From positions 210,001 through 242,000 of the forward strand of contig JAPZAR010000011.1 of assembly GCA_027460535.1 (NCBI GenBank): a stretch of 32,000 bases of DNA. The letters run 5' to 3'. The notes below the pieces were generated by a model, which worked only from the letters and a program-made list of their open reading frames with translations, was not told the DNA's origin and did not search any database. Numbering within the stretch: position 1 is the first letter of the stretch; every line of letters starts with the position of its first letter. The translations under genes were made by a program, and so were the position numbers. Below are positions 14,905-23,270 of this stretch, in pieces. This stretch comes from Candidatus Methanoperedens sp. Its GTDB lineage: Archaea > Halobacteriota > Methanosarcinia > Methanosarcinales > Methanoperedenaceae.

Positions 14905-16907
14905 GCTGCTACCTCCTGGAACTTGAACACGTTCTTGACCTGAGCAAGCACCTGTTCGTTCTTGAAGTGGCTCTGCTCGAGCGCACCGGTCGGGCATGCT
15001 GTCACGCACGTCCCGCAGCCCTTGCAAAGTGCTTTCATGACATTTGCCTTACCGATCGATTCATCCATCTTTATGGCCTGGAACGGGCACATGGGTATGC
15101 ATACACCGCATCCCACGCATACATCCGGATTAACGACGGCAGTGATGCCTTCTGTTATGGCTTTCTTGTTCTTGAGCAGTATTGTTGCACGGCTTGCACA
15201 TGCGCTGCCCTGGGAGACCGCATAGGGAATGTCCTTTGGTCCTGATGCAACGCCTGCAAGGAACACTCCATCGATGGTGGTGTCCACGGGCCGCAGCTTT
15301 GGATGGGCTTCCATGAGCAGGCCGTCAGCCGCTTTCGATAATTTCAATAACTGCTGGATCTGGTTTATGCCCTCATTCGGTACAATACCCGTGGCGAGGA
15401 CAAGAAGGTCGAATTCAAGATTGCGAATATCATTTGCCAGCGTATCCTCGACACGCACCTTGATGTTCTTTGTAACCGGGTCTTCCTTCACTTCCGCAGG
15501 TCTTCCGCGAAGGAACTTCACGCCCAGGTTTCGAGACCTGTTATACGATTCCTCGTAACCCCTGAAGGGTGTCCTGATATCTATGTACATTATCGTATGG
15601 TCTGTCTCCGGGCGCTTTTCTTTCAGCAGCTGCGCGTTCTTGATGGTGTACATGCAGCACACGCCAGAACAGTAAATATTGGTAGCCTTATCCCTCGAGC
15701 CAACGCAGTTCACGAATCCAACACGTATCGGTTCCTTGCAGTCCGAAGGTCGAACGACGTGCCCGCCCGTTGGACCTGCGGCATTAAGTAATCTTTCAAA
15801 TTCCATTGCAGTGATGACATTATCATATAATCCGTACCCGAAATCGTGCCTGGGCTCGGGATCGTAGGTCTTGAAGCCGACCGCCCCTATTATGACGCCC
15901 ACGTTAAGATCAGTATACGAAGGCTGCATATCATAATTTATCGCGCCGCGCTCGCACGCCTTTGCGCATGCCTTGCATGAAATGCAGTTCTCCTTATCAA
16001 GAACGGCGCGCAGCGGCACAGCCTGGGGGAAGGGAACAAAGATCGCTTTTCGCGTGCCAAGTCCTTCGTTGAAATCATAGGGCACCTCAACTGGGCACAC
16101 CTCACTGCATTTGGCGCAGCCTGTGCATTTGGCGATATCAAGGTATCTGGGTTTATGCTCGACCTTCACATTGAAATTGCCCACATAACCGTCCACGGCT
16201 TTCACTTCTGAATAGCTCATTATCTTGATATTCTTGTTCCTTGCCACTTCCACCATCTTCGGACCAAGGATGCAGATGGAGCAGTCGTTCGTGGGGAACA
16301 CCTTGTCAAAGCGTGCCATCCTGCCGCCGATTGAGGGCTCCTTCTCGACCAGGTACACCTGGAATCCCATGTCAGCGAGGTCAAGCGCAGCCTGCATTCC
16401 TGCCACACCCGCACCGATGATAAGGGCTTTGTCAGTGACCGGTACTTCGCTTGCCTGGAGGGGTTCAAGCAATTTTGCGCGCTCAACACCCATGCGCACG
16501 AGATCCTTGGCTTTCTCTGTGGCCTTCTCCTTTTCCCACATGTGTATCCATGAGCAGTGGTCTCTGATATTCACGAATTCAAGGAAGTACTGGTTCAATC
16601 CCATCTGCTCGATACATGCGCGGAATGTGGGTTCGTGTGTCTTTGGCGAACATGCCGCAACCACAACACGATTGAGGTTGTACTCTTTTATCTTCTGCTG
16701 GATGTCGGCCTGTCCGGAATCAGAGCACGTGAACTTGTTGACGGAAGTGACCTTTACGCCGGGCAGAGTTCCAATATAATCAACAACAGCTTTTGTGTTA
16801 ACAACACCGCCTATGTTCACGCCGCATTCGCATACAAAAACGCCTACCCGTTTTTCATCGCTATCCTTCTTAATATCAGTACTTTTTGATTCAGTACCAT
16901 CGCTCAT
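14901..16907 (-). CDS. hdrA: heterodisulfide reductase subunit A (HdrA), canonical architecture (668 aa)
   Basis: N-terminal Cys domain (VGVFVCECGVNIGG), FAD motif (IIGAGVAGMQAALDLAD), FPTNDCSICILGP, inserted ferredoxin (CTGCAKCSEVCP, CISCKACAKACE), HdrA signature (NCVGSRD..YCSGVCCMY), C-terminal ferredoxin (CVGCGVCIPMCP, CKGCGTCVTACP). Start ATG 16907 overlaps the mvhD stop. Confidence 0.9.
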   Translation of the reverse strand: MSDGTESKSTDIKKDSDEKRVGVFVCECGVNIGGVVNTKAVVDYIGTLPGVKVTSVNKFTCSDSGQADIQQKIKEYNLNRVVVAACSPKTHEPTFRACIEQMGLNQYFLEFVNIRDHCSWIHMWEKEKATEKAKDLVRMGVERAKLLEPLQASEVPVTDKALIIGAGVAGMQAALDLADMGFQVYLVEKEPSIGGRMARFDKVFPTNDCSICILGPKMVEVARNKNIKIMSYSEVKAVDGYVGNFNVKVEHKPRYLDIAKCTGCAKCSEVCPVEVPYDFNEGLGTRKAIFVPFPQAVPLRAVLDKENCISCKACAKACERGAINYDMQPSYTDLNVGVIIGAVGFKTYDPEPRHDFGYGLYDNVITAMEFERLLNAAGPTGGHVVRPSDCKEPIRVGFVNCVGSRDKATNIYCSGVCCMYTIKNAQLLKEKRPETDHTIMYIDIRTPFRGYEESYNRSRNLGVKFLRGRPAEVKEDPVTKNIKVRVEDTLANDIRNLEFDLLVLATGIVPNEGINQIQQLLKLSKAADGLLMEAHPKLRPVDTTIDGVFLAGVASGPKDIPYAVSQGSACASRATILLKNKKAITEGITAVVNPDVCVGCGVCIPMCPFQAIKMDESIGKANVMKALCKGCGTCVTACPTGALEQSHFKNEQVLAQVKNVFKFQEVAA

Positions 16908-17353
16908 TTCTTCACTTCCTTGACAGGGTTTTGCCCCAATTTCTTGATCTCTTCTGTAAAATCTCGAATAACTTCTGAGAATCGTAATCCTTCGCTGGCA
17001 GAGATCCACTCAAGCCGAAGCCTTTTATCAAACCCCAGTTTTGCCAGTGCTTTCTTTGTATTATTTATCCTGACCTCTGCGTTCTTGTTCCCGTCGATGT
17101 AGTGGCAGTCACCGATATGGCATCCAGCCACGAGCACTCCGTCTGCTCCGTCTTTCAATGCTTTCAGGATAAATGCGGGTTCGACCCGGCTTGAGCACAT
17201 AACACGGAGTACCTTCACAGTCGGAGGATACTGGAACCTGCTCACGCCCGCAAGGTCTGCGCCAGCATATGAACACCAGTTGCAGCAGAATGCCAGGATA
17301 TTCGGCTCCCAGCCATTTCCCGCCTGCGCGCCTGACGCCGCTTCTGCGCTCAT
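16904..17353 (-). CDS. mvhD: MvhD-type [2Fe-2S] protein, copy 2
   Basis: WEPNILAFCCNWCSYAGAD, VMCSSRVEP and GCHIGDCHY. Clearly paralogous to copy 1. 4-nt overlaps at both ends. Confidence 0.85.
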   Translation of the reverse strand: MSAEAASGAQAGNGWEPNILAFCCNWCSYAGADLAGVSRFQYPPTVKVLRVMCSSRVEPAFILKALKDGADGVLVAGCHIGDCHYIDGNKNAEVRINNTKKALAKLGFDKRLRLEWISASEGLRFSEVIRDFTEEIKKLGQNPVKEVKK

Positions 17354-20300
17354 ACCGTTACCTCCACAACGCCGATGGAAATGCTCTTTACGCCCTTATC
17401 AAATGCATTGATCGCCTCACCTATCTCTTTTGATGAGAAATGCTGGGCTGTGATTGCTCCAGCGGGGCATGCAGCCGCGCAAGAGCCGCAGCCCTTGCAC
17501 GCAGCAGGATTGATGCGCGATTTCTTAGTGGTGTAAGTGACCTCTTCGACTTTGACCGTCACATCCTGCAGCGATGGTGCATTATATGGACACATAGTAA
17601 CGCACGTTCCGCATCCTATGCATTTTGCCTCATTCACAACGGATATCGCGCCCTCGGTCTCGATGAACTTCCGGGATAGAATTGTGCAGGCACGGGATGC
17701 AGCGGCGCTTGCCTGCGATATGGCTTCATCCATGAGCTTCGGGGCCTGGGCGCTCCCGCACAGGAATACGCCGTCAGTGGCAAAATCCACCGGGCGAAGC
17801 TTGGGATGGGCTTCCAGGAAGAATTTGTTCTTATCAAGAGGTATCTTGAATAGCTGGTTAATCTCTTCGTTCTCGCCCGCAACGAGAGGTGTGCTCAGGA
17901 CCACAAGATCTGAAGCGATCTCGATATCATCGTTGAGCATGGAATCATGCACGACAACTGAACTGCCCTGAACTTTTGGGGGATTTTCCGCATCATATTT
18001 AATGAATATTACGCCAAGGTCTCTTGCATTCTCGTAAAGCTTTTCCATCACTCCGTACGTCCTCATGTCCCTGTAAAGCACATAGACGTTTGCGCTGCTT
18101 TTCCCTTTTTTGATCCTTATTGAGTTTTTCACCGCATCCACGCAGCATGTGCGCCCGCAGTATTCACGCTCTTTATTTCGCGCCCCGACGCACTGGATCA
18201 TCGTGATAGTATTTGCTGTAATACTTTTTCCAAGCATTTTTTCAAGCTGCGCCTGCGTGACCACACGGCTATCCTTGCCATAATTGAACAATCCGGAAGG
18301 CTCAAAGTTCCGTGCGCCCGTTGCAACAACGGCCGCCCCAAAGTCAACTGGTATTTCTTTTCCTTTTGAAAGCACAACTCCCTTGAAGTTACCAAGATAG
18401 CCTTCCACCTTCATGAGTTTGGCCTCATTTACGATCTTGATTTTCTTATTCTCATCAACTCTCTTGATAAGGTCTCTTAGCACATCTGCAGGTTTCTTTC
18501 CATCGTATAGTTCGGTCATTTCCCGGAGCATCCCGCCAAGTTCCTTTTCCTTCTCGACAAGGGTCACATTATAACCATTATTGGCAATATCGAGCGCAGC
18601 TGTCATACCGGCCACCCCGCCGCCGAGAACTAGCGCATTGTTGATAAGCGACACTTTTTGCTTGTATAGAGGCTGGAAAAGGGCTGATTTTGCAACTGCC
18701 ATCTGCACGATCCCCTTTGCCTTCTCGGTGGCTTTCTCTTTCTCTTTCATGTGTACCCAGGAGCAGTGCTCGCGGATATTGGCAAGTTCGAAAAGATACG
18801 GGTTAAGTCCTGCCTCGCGGCATGTATTCTGGAAAAGAGGCTCGTGGGTTCGCGGAGTACATGATGCCACGATAACACGATTAAGATCGTTCTTTGCGAC
18901 AGCATCTTTTATCGTGACTTGGGAGTCTGAGGAACATGCGTACAGCATTTCCTGCGCATGCGCAACACCGGGCAGCGTTCTTGCATACTCTACGACGGCT
19001 GGGACATTGACAACGCTTCCTATGTTTATCCCGCAGTGGCAGACGAAAACGCCGATGCGAGGCACGGGAGAAAGCGGCTTCTCTACAGGGAACTTTCTCT
19101 CTTTAATAAGGGTTCCCCTTTCACCGGATAATAACGCTGCAGCCTTGGATGCCGCTGCGCTTGCCTGGGCCACGGTGTCGGGAATATCTTTCGGCCCCTG
19201 GGCCACGCCGCAGACATATACCCCGGCAACGCTCGTCTCCACGGGGTTTTCAATGCTTGTGGCAATATTCCCGAAATCATCAAGTGCAATGCCGGAAGAT
19301 TGGGCAATATTACGGGTCGAATCTGCGGGATCAAGGCCGATCGAGAGCACTACCATGTCGAAATCCCGGTTCACCAGATCCCCTGTATTGAAATCTTCGT
19401 ATTTCAAAGATAAAGCATTGTTCGAATCTACGATAACTTCAGGTGGCCTGGAATTAATGTATTTGATGCCGTACTCCCTCCGTGCCCTGTTGTAGAACTC
19501 CTCAAAGTTCTTGCCGAAGGCGCGTATGTCTATGTGGAAAATCGTGATATCCAGTTCAGGGTCATGCTCTTTTGCGATTATGGATTCCTTGGTGGCATAC
19601 ATGCAGCACACCGAGGAGCAGTGTTTCCTGTTGATGCGCGGATTGCGGGAGCCAACGCACTGTATGAATGCGATCTTTTTCGGGACTTTGCCGTCTGACT
19701 GCCTTGTCACATGGCCTTGCGTGGGGCCGCTTGCGCTCAGGAGACGCTCGAACTGGAGCGATGTAATTACATCTGGATGGTCGAACCTGTACTGCCTCAG
19801 AACTGAGGGGTCAAAGGGTTTAAAGCCCGTTGCGAGGACTACGGAACCTACGTTGAGTTCGATCTCTTTATCTTTCTGTTCATAATCCACTGCTTTTGGC
19901 CCGCATACCTTCTTGCATACGCCGCATTTCCCTTTTGTGAGATACAAACAATGAGCGGAATCTATCGTCGCCACTCTCGGGATCGCCTGGGCAAATGGAA
20001 TATAGATGGATTTGCGCTTGCTCATTCCTGCATTATATTCATCCGCCACTTTCGAGGGGCATTTCTCAGTGCATGTGCCGCAGCCCGTGCATTTTGTCTC
20101 ATCAACATAACGAGCTTTTTTAACCACTTTTACATTGAAATCCCCGGCTTTGCCGGTGATGGATGTTACATCGCTGTATGAGAGCAATTCGATGTTAGGA
20201 TGTCTTGCGGTCTCAACGAGTTTGGGAGAAAGTATGCACATGGCGCAATCATTCGTCGGGAAGGTCTTGTCGAGTTGGGCCATCGTTCCCCCGATACTCG

Positions 20301-20403
20301 GTCTTGATTCTATAAGATAGGTCTTGAAGCCGCTGTCTGCAAGGTCAAGGGCAGCTTGGATGCCTGCTATTCCTCCACCTACGACCGCTACCGAGCCCTT
20401 CAT
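17350..20403 (-). CDS. hdrA: tandem-fused double HdrA (1017 aa)
   Basis: Module 1 (aa 1 to about 447): FAD motif VVGGGIAGIQAALDLAD, FPTNDCAMCILSP, inserted ferredoxin, QCVGSRN..HCSSVCCMY. Module 2 (from about aa 448): N-terminal-domain motif IGVFVCHCGINIGS, second FAD motif VLGGGVAGMTAALDIAN, QCVGARN..YCGRTCCVD, C-terminal ferredoxin CIGCGTCVTMCP / CKGCGSCAAACP. Confidence 0.85.
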   Translation of the reverse strand: MKGSVAVVGGGIAGIQAALDLADSGFKTYLIESRPSIGGTMAQLDKTFPTNDCAMCILSPKLVETARHPNIELLSYSDVTSITGKAGDFNVKVVKKARYVDETKCTGCGTCTEKCPSKVADEYNAGMSKRKSIYIPFAQAIPRVATIDSAHCLYLTKGKCGVCKKVCGPKAVDYEQKDKEIELNVGSVVLATGFKPFDPSVLRQYRFDHPDVITSLQFERLLSASGPTQGHVTRQSDGKVPKKIAFIQCVGSRNPRINRKHCSSVCCMYATKESIIAKEHDPELDITIFHIDIRAFGKNFEEFYNRARREYGIKYINSRPPEVIVDSNNALSLKYEDFNTGDLVNRDFDMVVLSIGLDPADSTRNIAQSSGIALDDFGNIATSIENPVETSVAGVYVCGVAQGPKDIPDTVAQASAAASKAAALLSGERGTLIKERKFPVEKPLSPVPRIGVFVCHCGINIGSVVNVPAVVEYARTLPGVAHAQEMLYACSSDSQVTIKDAVAKNDLNRVIVASCTPRTHEPLFQNTCREAGLNPYLFELANIREHCSWVHMKEKEKATEKAKGIVQMAVAKSALFQPLYKQKVSLINNALVLGGGVAGMTAALDIANNGYNVTLVEKEKELGGMLREMTELYDGKKPADVLRDLIKRVDENKKIKIVNEAKLMKVEGYLGNFKGVVLSKGKEIPVDFGAAVVATGARNFEPSGLFNYGKDSRVVTQAQLEKMLGKSITANTITMIQCVGARNKEREYCGRTCCVDAVKNSIRIKKGKSSANVYVLYRDMRTYGVMEKLYENARDLGVIFIKYDAENPPKVQGSSVVVHDSMLNDDIEIASDLVVLSTPLVAGENEEINQLFKIPLDKNKFFLEAHPKLRPVDFATDGVFLCGSAQAPKLMDEAISQASAAASRACTILSRKFIETEGAISVVNEAKCIGCGTCVTMCPYNAPSLQDVTVKVEEVTYTTKKSRINPAACKGCGSCAAACPAGAITAQHFSSKEIGEAINAFDKGVKSISIGVVEVTV

Positions 20404-21332
20404 TCTGCCACCTCTTTTTCCGCTTCAAGTTTACTTTCGCCTTTGGTCTCTACCTTCTTTTCTTCGGGCTTTACTTTCCCGATGGATTCCATGAGCCTGG
20501 CAGGCGACACCATGTTCCTGTCAAGTTCAAGCTCTTTTTCGCTCAAACCCATGGCAAGGCCGATAAGCTGGGTGAAATAAAGAACAGGCATATCGATAAC
20601 AGTGTTATGTGCCTTCTCTATCATGCTCTGCTGGCCGTCAAGCAGCATATGGCACATGGGACATGCCACAACGATGCAGTTAGCGCCTGCAGCTTTTGCT
20701 TCATCGAAGAGTTTCTTTGTAAGTATGAATGCATAGTCCTGTTTGCTCATCAGGAGATTCCCGCCACAGCATTTAGTCTTCTGGGTGAAAGGGAGACATT
20801 CAGCACCTGTAGCTTTGATAAGGTTATCAAGAGACATCGGGTTTTCGGGGTTATCGAATTTTGATACCTCGGAGGGGCGGACGAGAAGACATCCATAGTA
20901 GGGCACGGCTTTGATGCCTTTCAGAGTTTTTTTGAAGTTCCTGGATAACGCATCCACTCCCACATCATTTACCACAACGTCCAGAAGATGCTTGATCTTA
21001 ATACCATTATATTTTTCTCCGAGTGCTTTTTCTATCTTTGCCCTGAAGGCTCCGTCTTGTTTCATGGCGCTGTCGGCCCTTGAAAGGTTGTGCGAGCAGA
21101 TGCTGCATGGTATCACAAGGTCAAGACCTGTTTTTTGTGCCAGCATGTTATTGCGCGCAGAAAGACCCATGGACAGTTCCTTATCAAATATCGCCTCAAG
21201 CGCGCCGCAGCAGTTCCAGTCCTCTATTTCAACAAGCTCTATGCCTGCCGCTTTGCACACTCCTTTTGTGGATGCATCGTATTCGCGCGCAGTGCCATGA
21301 AGGGTGCAACCGGGATAATAGGCAAGCTTCAT
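20400..21332 (-). CDS. hdrB: heterodisulfide reductase subunit B (two CCG domains)
   Basis: YYPGCTLHG..NCCGA and PYYGCLL..KCCGG..ACPMCH. K/E-rich C-terminal tail. 4-nt overlaps with both neighbours. Confidence 0.9.
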   Translation of the reverse strand: MKLAYYPGCTLHGTAREYDASTKGVCKAAGIELVEIEDWNCCGALEAIFDKELSMGLSARNNMLAQKTGLDLVIPCSICSHNLSRADSAMKQDGAFRAKIEKALGEKYNGIKIKHLLDVVVNDVGVDALSRNFKKTLKGIKAVPYYGCLLVRPSEVSKFDNPENPMSLDNLIKATGAECLPFTQKTKCCGGNLLMSKQDYAFILTKKLFDEAKAAGANCIVVACPMCHMLLDGQQSMIEKAHNTVIDMPVLYFTQLIGLAMGLSEKELELDRNMVSPARLMESIGKVKPEEKKVETKGESKLEAEKEVAE

Positions 21333-21898
21333 TTTTTCTCCACTTCCTCAAAGATGCGTTTAATCTGGTCAGTGCCTTTTATTTTATGCGGAAGAATGCT
21401 CAATTTCCCTTTCCTGAACAAACCAAGTCCCATAGGAGCGTAGCCAATTGCCCCTCCGATACCTTTGGTTTTCAGCATGAACGTACCGCTCACCCCGGCT
21501 TCGTACCATTTGCCGTTCTTTTTGACTGAATCAATAAAAAGATTATCAAAGACAGGTTTGGGATTATTGATTATTATCTTCCCGGCTTTTGCCTCGCGCT
21601 GGGCTATGGCCCGTATAGCTCCAATGACCTCTGTTATCTTGACATCCTGAGGGCAGCGTTCGTAGCAGATGTAGCATGACGCACAAAGCCAGATTGAATC
21701 GTCGGTCAGGACTTCTTTTCGCATACCGAGGAGAGCTTTCCGAAGTATCATCCTCGGATTGTATCCTTTGTCAATCTCGGTCACGGGACAGCCCACCGTG
21801 CAGCCTGTGCAGTTGAAGCATTTCTTGATATTTTCTCCGCCCGCCTCGTTTGCAATTTCATATTTGAAATCAGGATCAAGCTCGCTTGTCTTTATCAT
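21329..21898 (-). CDS. hdrC: heterodisulfide reductase subunit C (2x[4Fe-4S])
   Basis: CFNCTGCTVGCP and CASCYICYERCP. Size (189 aa) and position upstream of hdrB fit HdrC. Confidence 0.85.
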   Translation of the reverse strand: MIKTSELDPDFKYEIANEAGGENIKKCFNCTGCTVGCPVTEIDKGYNPRMILRKALLGMRKEVLTDDSIWLCASCYICYERCPQDVKITEVIGAIRAIAQREAKAGKIIINNPKPVFDNLFIDSVKKNGKWYEAGVSGTFMLKTKGIGGAIGYAPMGLGLFRKGKLSILPHKIKGTDQIKRIFEEVEKK

Positions 21899-22917
21899 TC
21901 GCCAGCCTCCAGTTTTGATAAACCCGCAGATATCTGGTCATTCTTGATGGGTTCATCCAATTGTCGAGCAAGGAACACGCTCAGGTCGACAACATCAAGA
22001 TCATATTTCTTCACGGCATCCTTTTCATTCTTAAGGCAATTAAAGTGCGCAAGGCATTTTGGACAGGTTGTGATCAACGTTTTTGCACCTGTCGCCTCAG
22101 CTTCATCCATACGGGCTATTCGCAGGGCTTTTGTCTGCTCATTGCAATTCATGAAACTGCTCACCCCGCAACAAAGGGCATTCTCCTTTGAATGATCCAT
22201 CTCTTTTATTTTCGCACCGTTCGCGGAAAGAGCATTTCGGGGCGCATCATACACGCCCATATGTCTCCCAAGCCTGCATGAGTCGTGGTAGGTCACTTCC
22301 GAGTTTATCTTCATTCCAAGCTTGTCCAGGAGTTCGGCTATATGGATCACCCTGATACCAAGATCGTAATCCTTCGATAAAGTGCGGTAGCATTCGGCAC
22401 AGCTTGTGATAAGGGTCTCGATACCACTATCTTTCAGATATCTGGTATTGTGATTTTTAAGCCTGTCAAAAACATCTTTTTTCCCCTGCCATAGCACATC
22501 ATGACCGCAGCACTTCATCTGCATGATCCGGGGTTCTATGCCTATTTTTCCAAGAAGCTTTAGCGATGAGGTGGTTATCTCCCCAAAATCGGTTTTGACA
22601 TCGTGAAGGAATAAACCCAGCGAATCCACACATCCGGGGAAGTAACCATATTTTGAATCGGATTTGTTTTCAGGTTTGTTCCCATCAAGTTTGGAACTCA
22701 ATTCCGCAAATTCCGTGAAAACCCCGAGGTGTGCTACCTCAAGGGGCTGCTTCCCTTCCCTTTCCTCCTTTATGAAACTTAAGAAATCCACCTGCTGTGG
22801 ACACTCCTGCGGGCATAATCCGCATGTGAGGCATGTCCAGATGTCCTTTGTTTCATGCCCGTAGACATTGGAATTATAAATAGAACTGCGCGGAGATGTT
22901 TTTGAGACTCGGCGCAT
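21895..22917 (-). CDS. HdrD/GlcF-like Fe-S protein with two CCG domains; the N-terminus apparently continues upstream of the first ATG (possible frameshift)
   Basis: CLTCGLCPQECP ferredoxin motif plus CCG motifs (MKCCGHD, ALCCGVS, TCPKC). The partner ferredoxin motif CYQCGKCTSICP is encoded in-frame at 22918-22953, upstream of the ATG. See findings. Confidence 0.75.
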   Translation of the reverse strand: MRRVSKTSPRSSIYNSNVYGHETKDIWTCLTCGLCPQECPQQVDFLSFIKEEREGKQPLEVAHLGVFTEFAELSSKLDGNKPENKSDSKYGYFPGCVDSLGLFLHDVKTDFGEITTSSLKLLGKIGIEPRIMQMKCCGHDVLWQGKKDVFDRLKNHNTRYLKDSGIETLITSCAECYRTLSKDYDLGIRVIHIAELLDKLGMKINSEVTYHDSCRLGRHMGVYDAPRNALSANGAKIKEMDHSKENALCCGVSSFMNCNEQTKALRIARMDEAEATGAKTLITTCPKCLAHFNCLKNEKDAVKKYDLDVVDLSVFLARQLDEPIKNDQISAGLSKLEAGE

Positions 22918-23060
22918 GGGGCATATGGATGTGCATTTGCCGCACTGATAACAGACTTGGACGTTACTCGTTTGTACCCTCCAGCATTTCTATGGTTTAT
23001 AACTTTCTTAATGATTAGAAGATATAATTGGTTTTAAAGATTTCGATTTTTAACGATGCA

Positions 23061-23100
23061 GAGCATCATTATTAATAATGGAGCATAATTATTAATAATG
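23061..23100. promoter_or_regulatory. tandem 20-bp repeat, each unit carrying an AT-rich palindrome; operator-like site upstream of the hdr operon
   Basis: gagcatcattattaataatg followed by gagcataattattaataatg (19 of 20 identical). Unit 1 contains the perfect 14-bp palindrome cattattaataatg (23067-23080). Unit 2 contains the 12-bp core attattaataat. It lies about 75-115 nt upstream of the candidate hdr operon start. Confidence 0.45.
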
Positions 23101-23270
23101 TTACTTTGATATGGCTCCACGGTCTCCTATCGCAATTATAATGTTGTTCAATTCCTGACTCGTGGGTTCTCTGTTGTTTTCAAGCTCAAAGACATCTATT
23201 ATTGCACTGTAAGTGCAGTGAAGTCTGTCCGCCGTTTTTCTTTTGACATATCTTGTCATATTATTATAAT

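Noticed and set aside
14452-17009. Long 5' extensions of mvhD (to 15027) and hdrA (to 17009) in the ORF track
   Set aside because: The extensions lie inside the upstream genes in other frames. Internal ATGs at 14904 and 16907 give ATGA stop/start overlaps and the family-typical N-termini (MSAAEKP..WEPKIVAFCCNWC; MSDGTES..VGVFVCECG).
18581-19495. 304-aa plus-strand ORF antisense to the double hdrA
   Set aside because: Shadow ORF with an S/A/T/F-rich composition and no motif. The minus strand carries unambiguous HdrA motifs over the same nucleotides.
22990-22992. In-frame TAG upstream of the hdrD-like gene as a possible pyrrolysine read-through codon
   Set aside because: Reading through the TAG gives only five more codons (ESYKP) before an in-frame TAA (23008-23010), with no start codon. 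Read-through therefore does not rescue the N-terminus, and a single-base frameshift explanation fits better.
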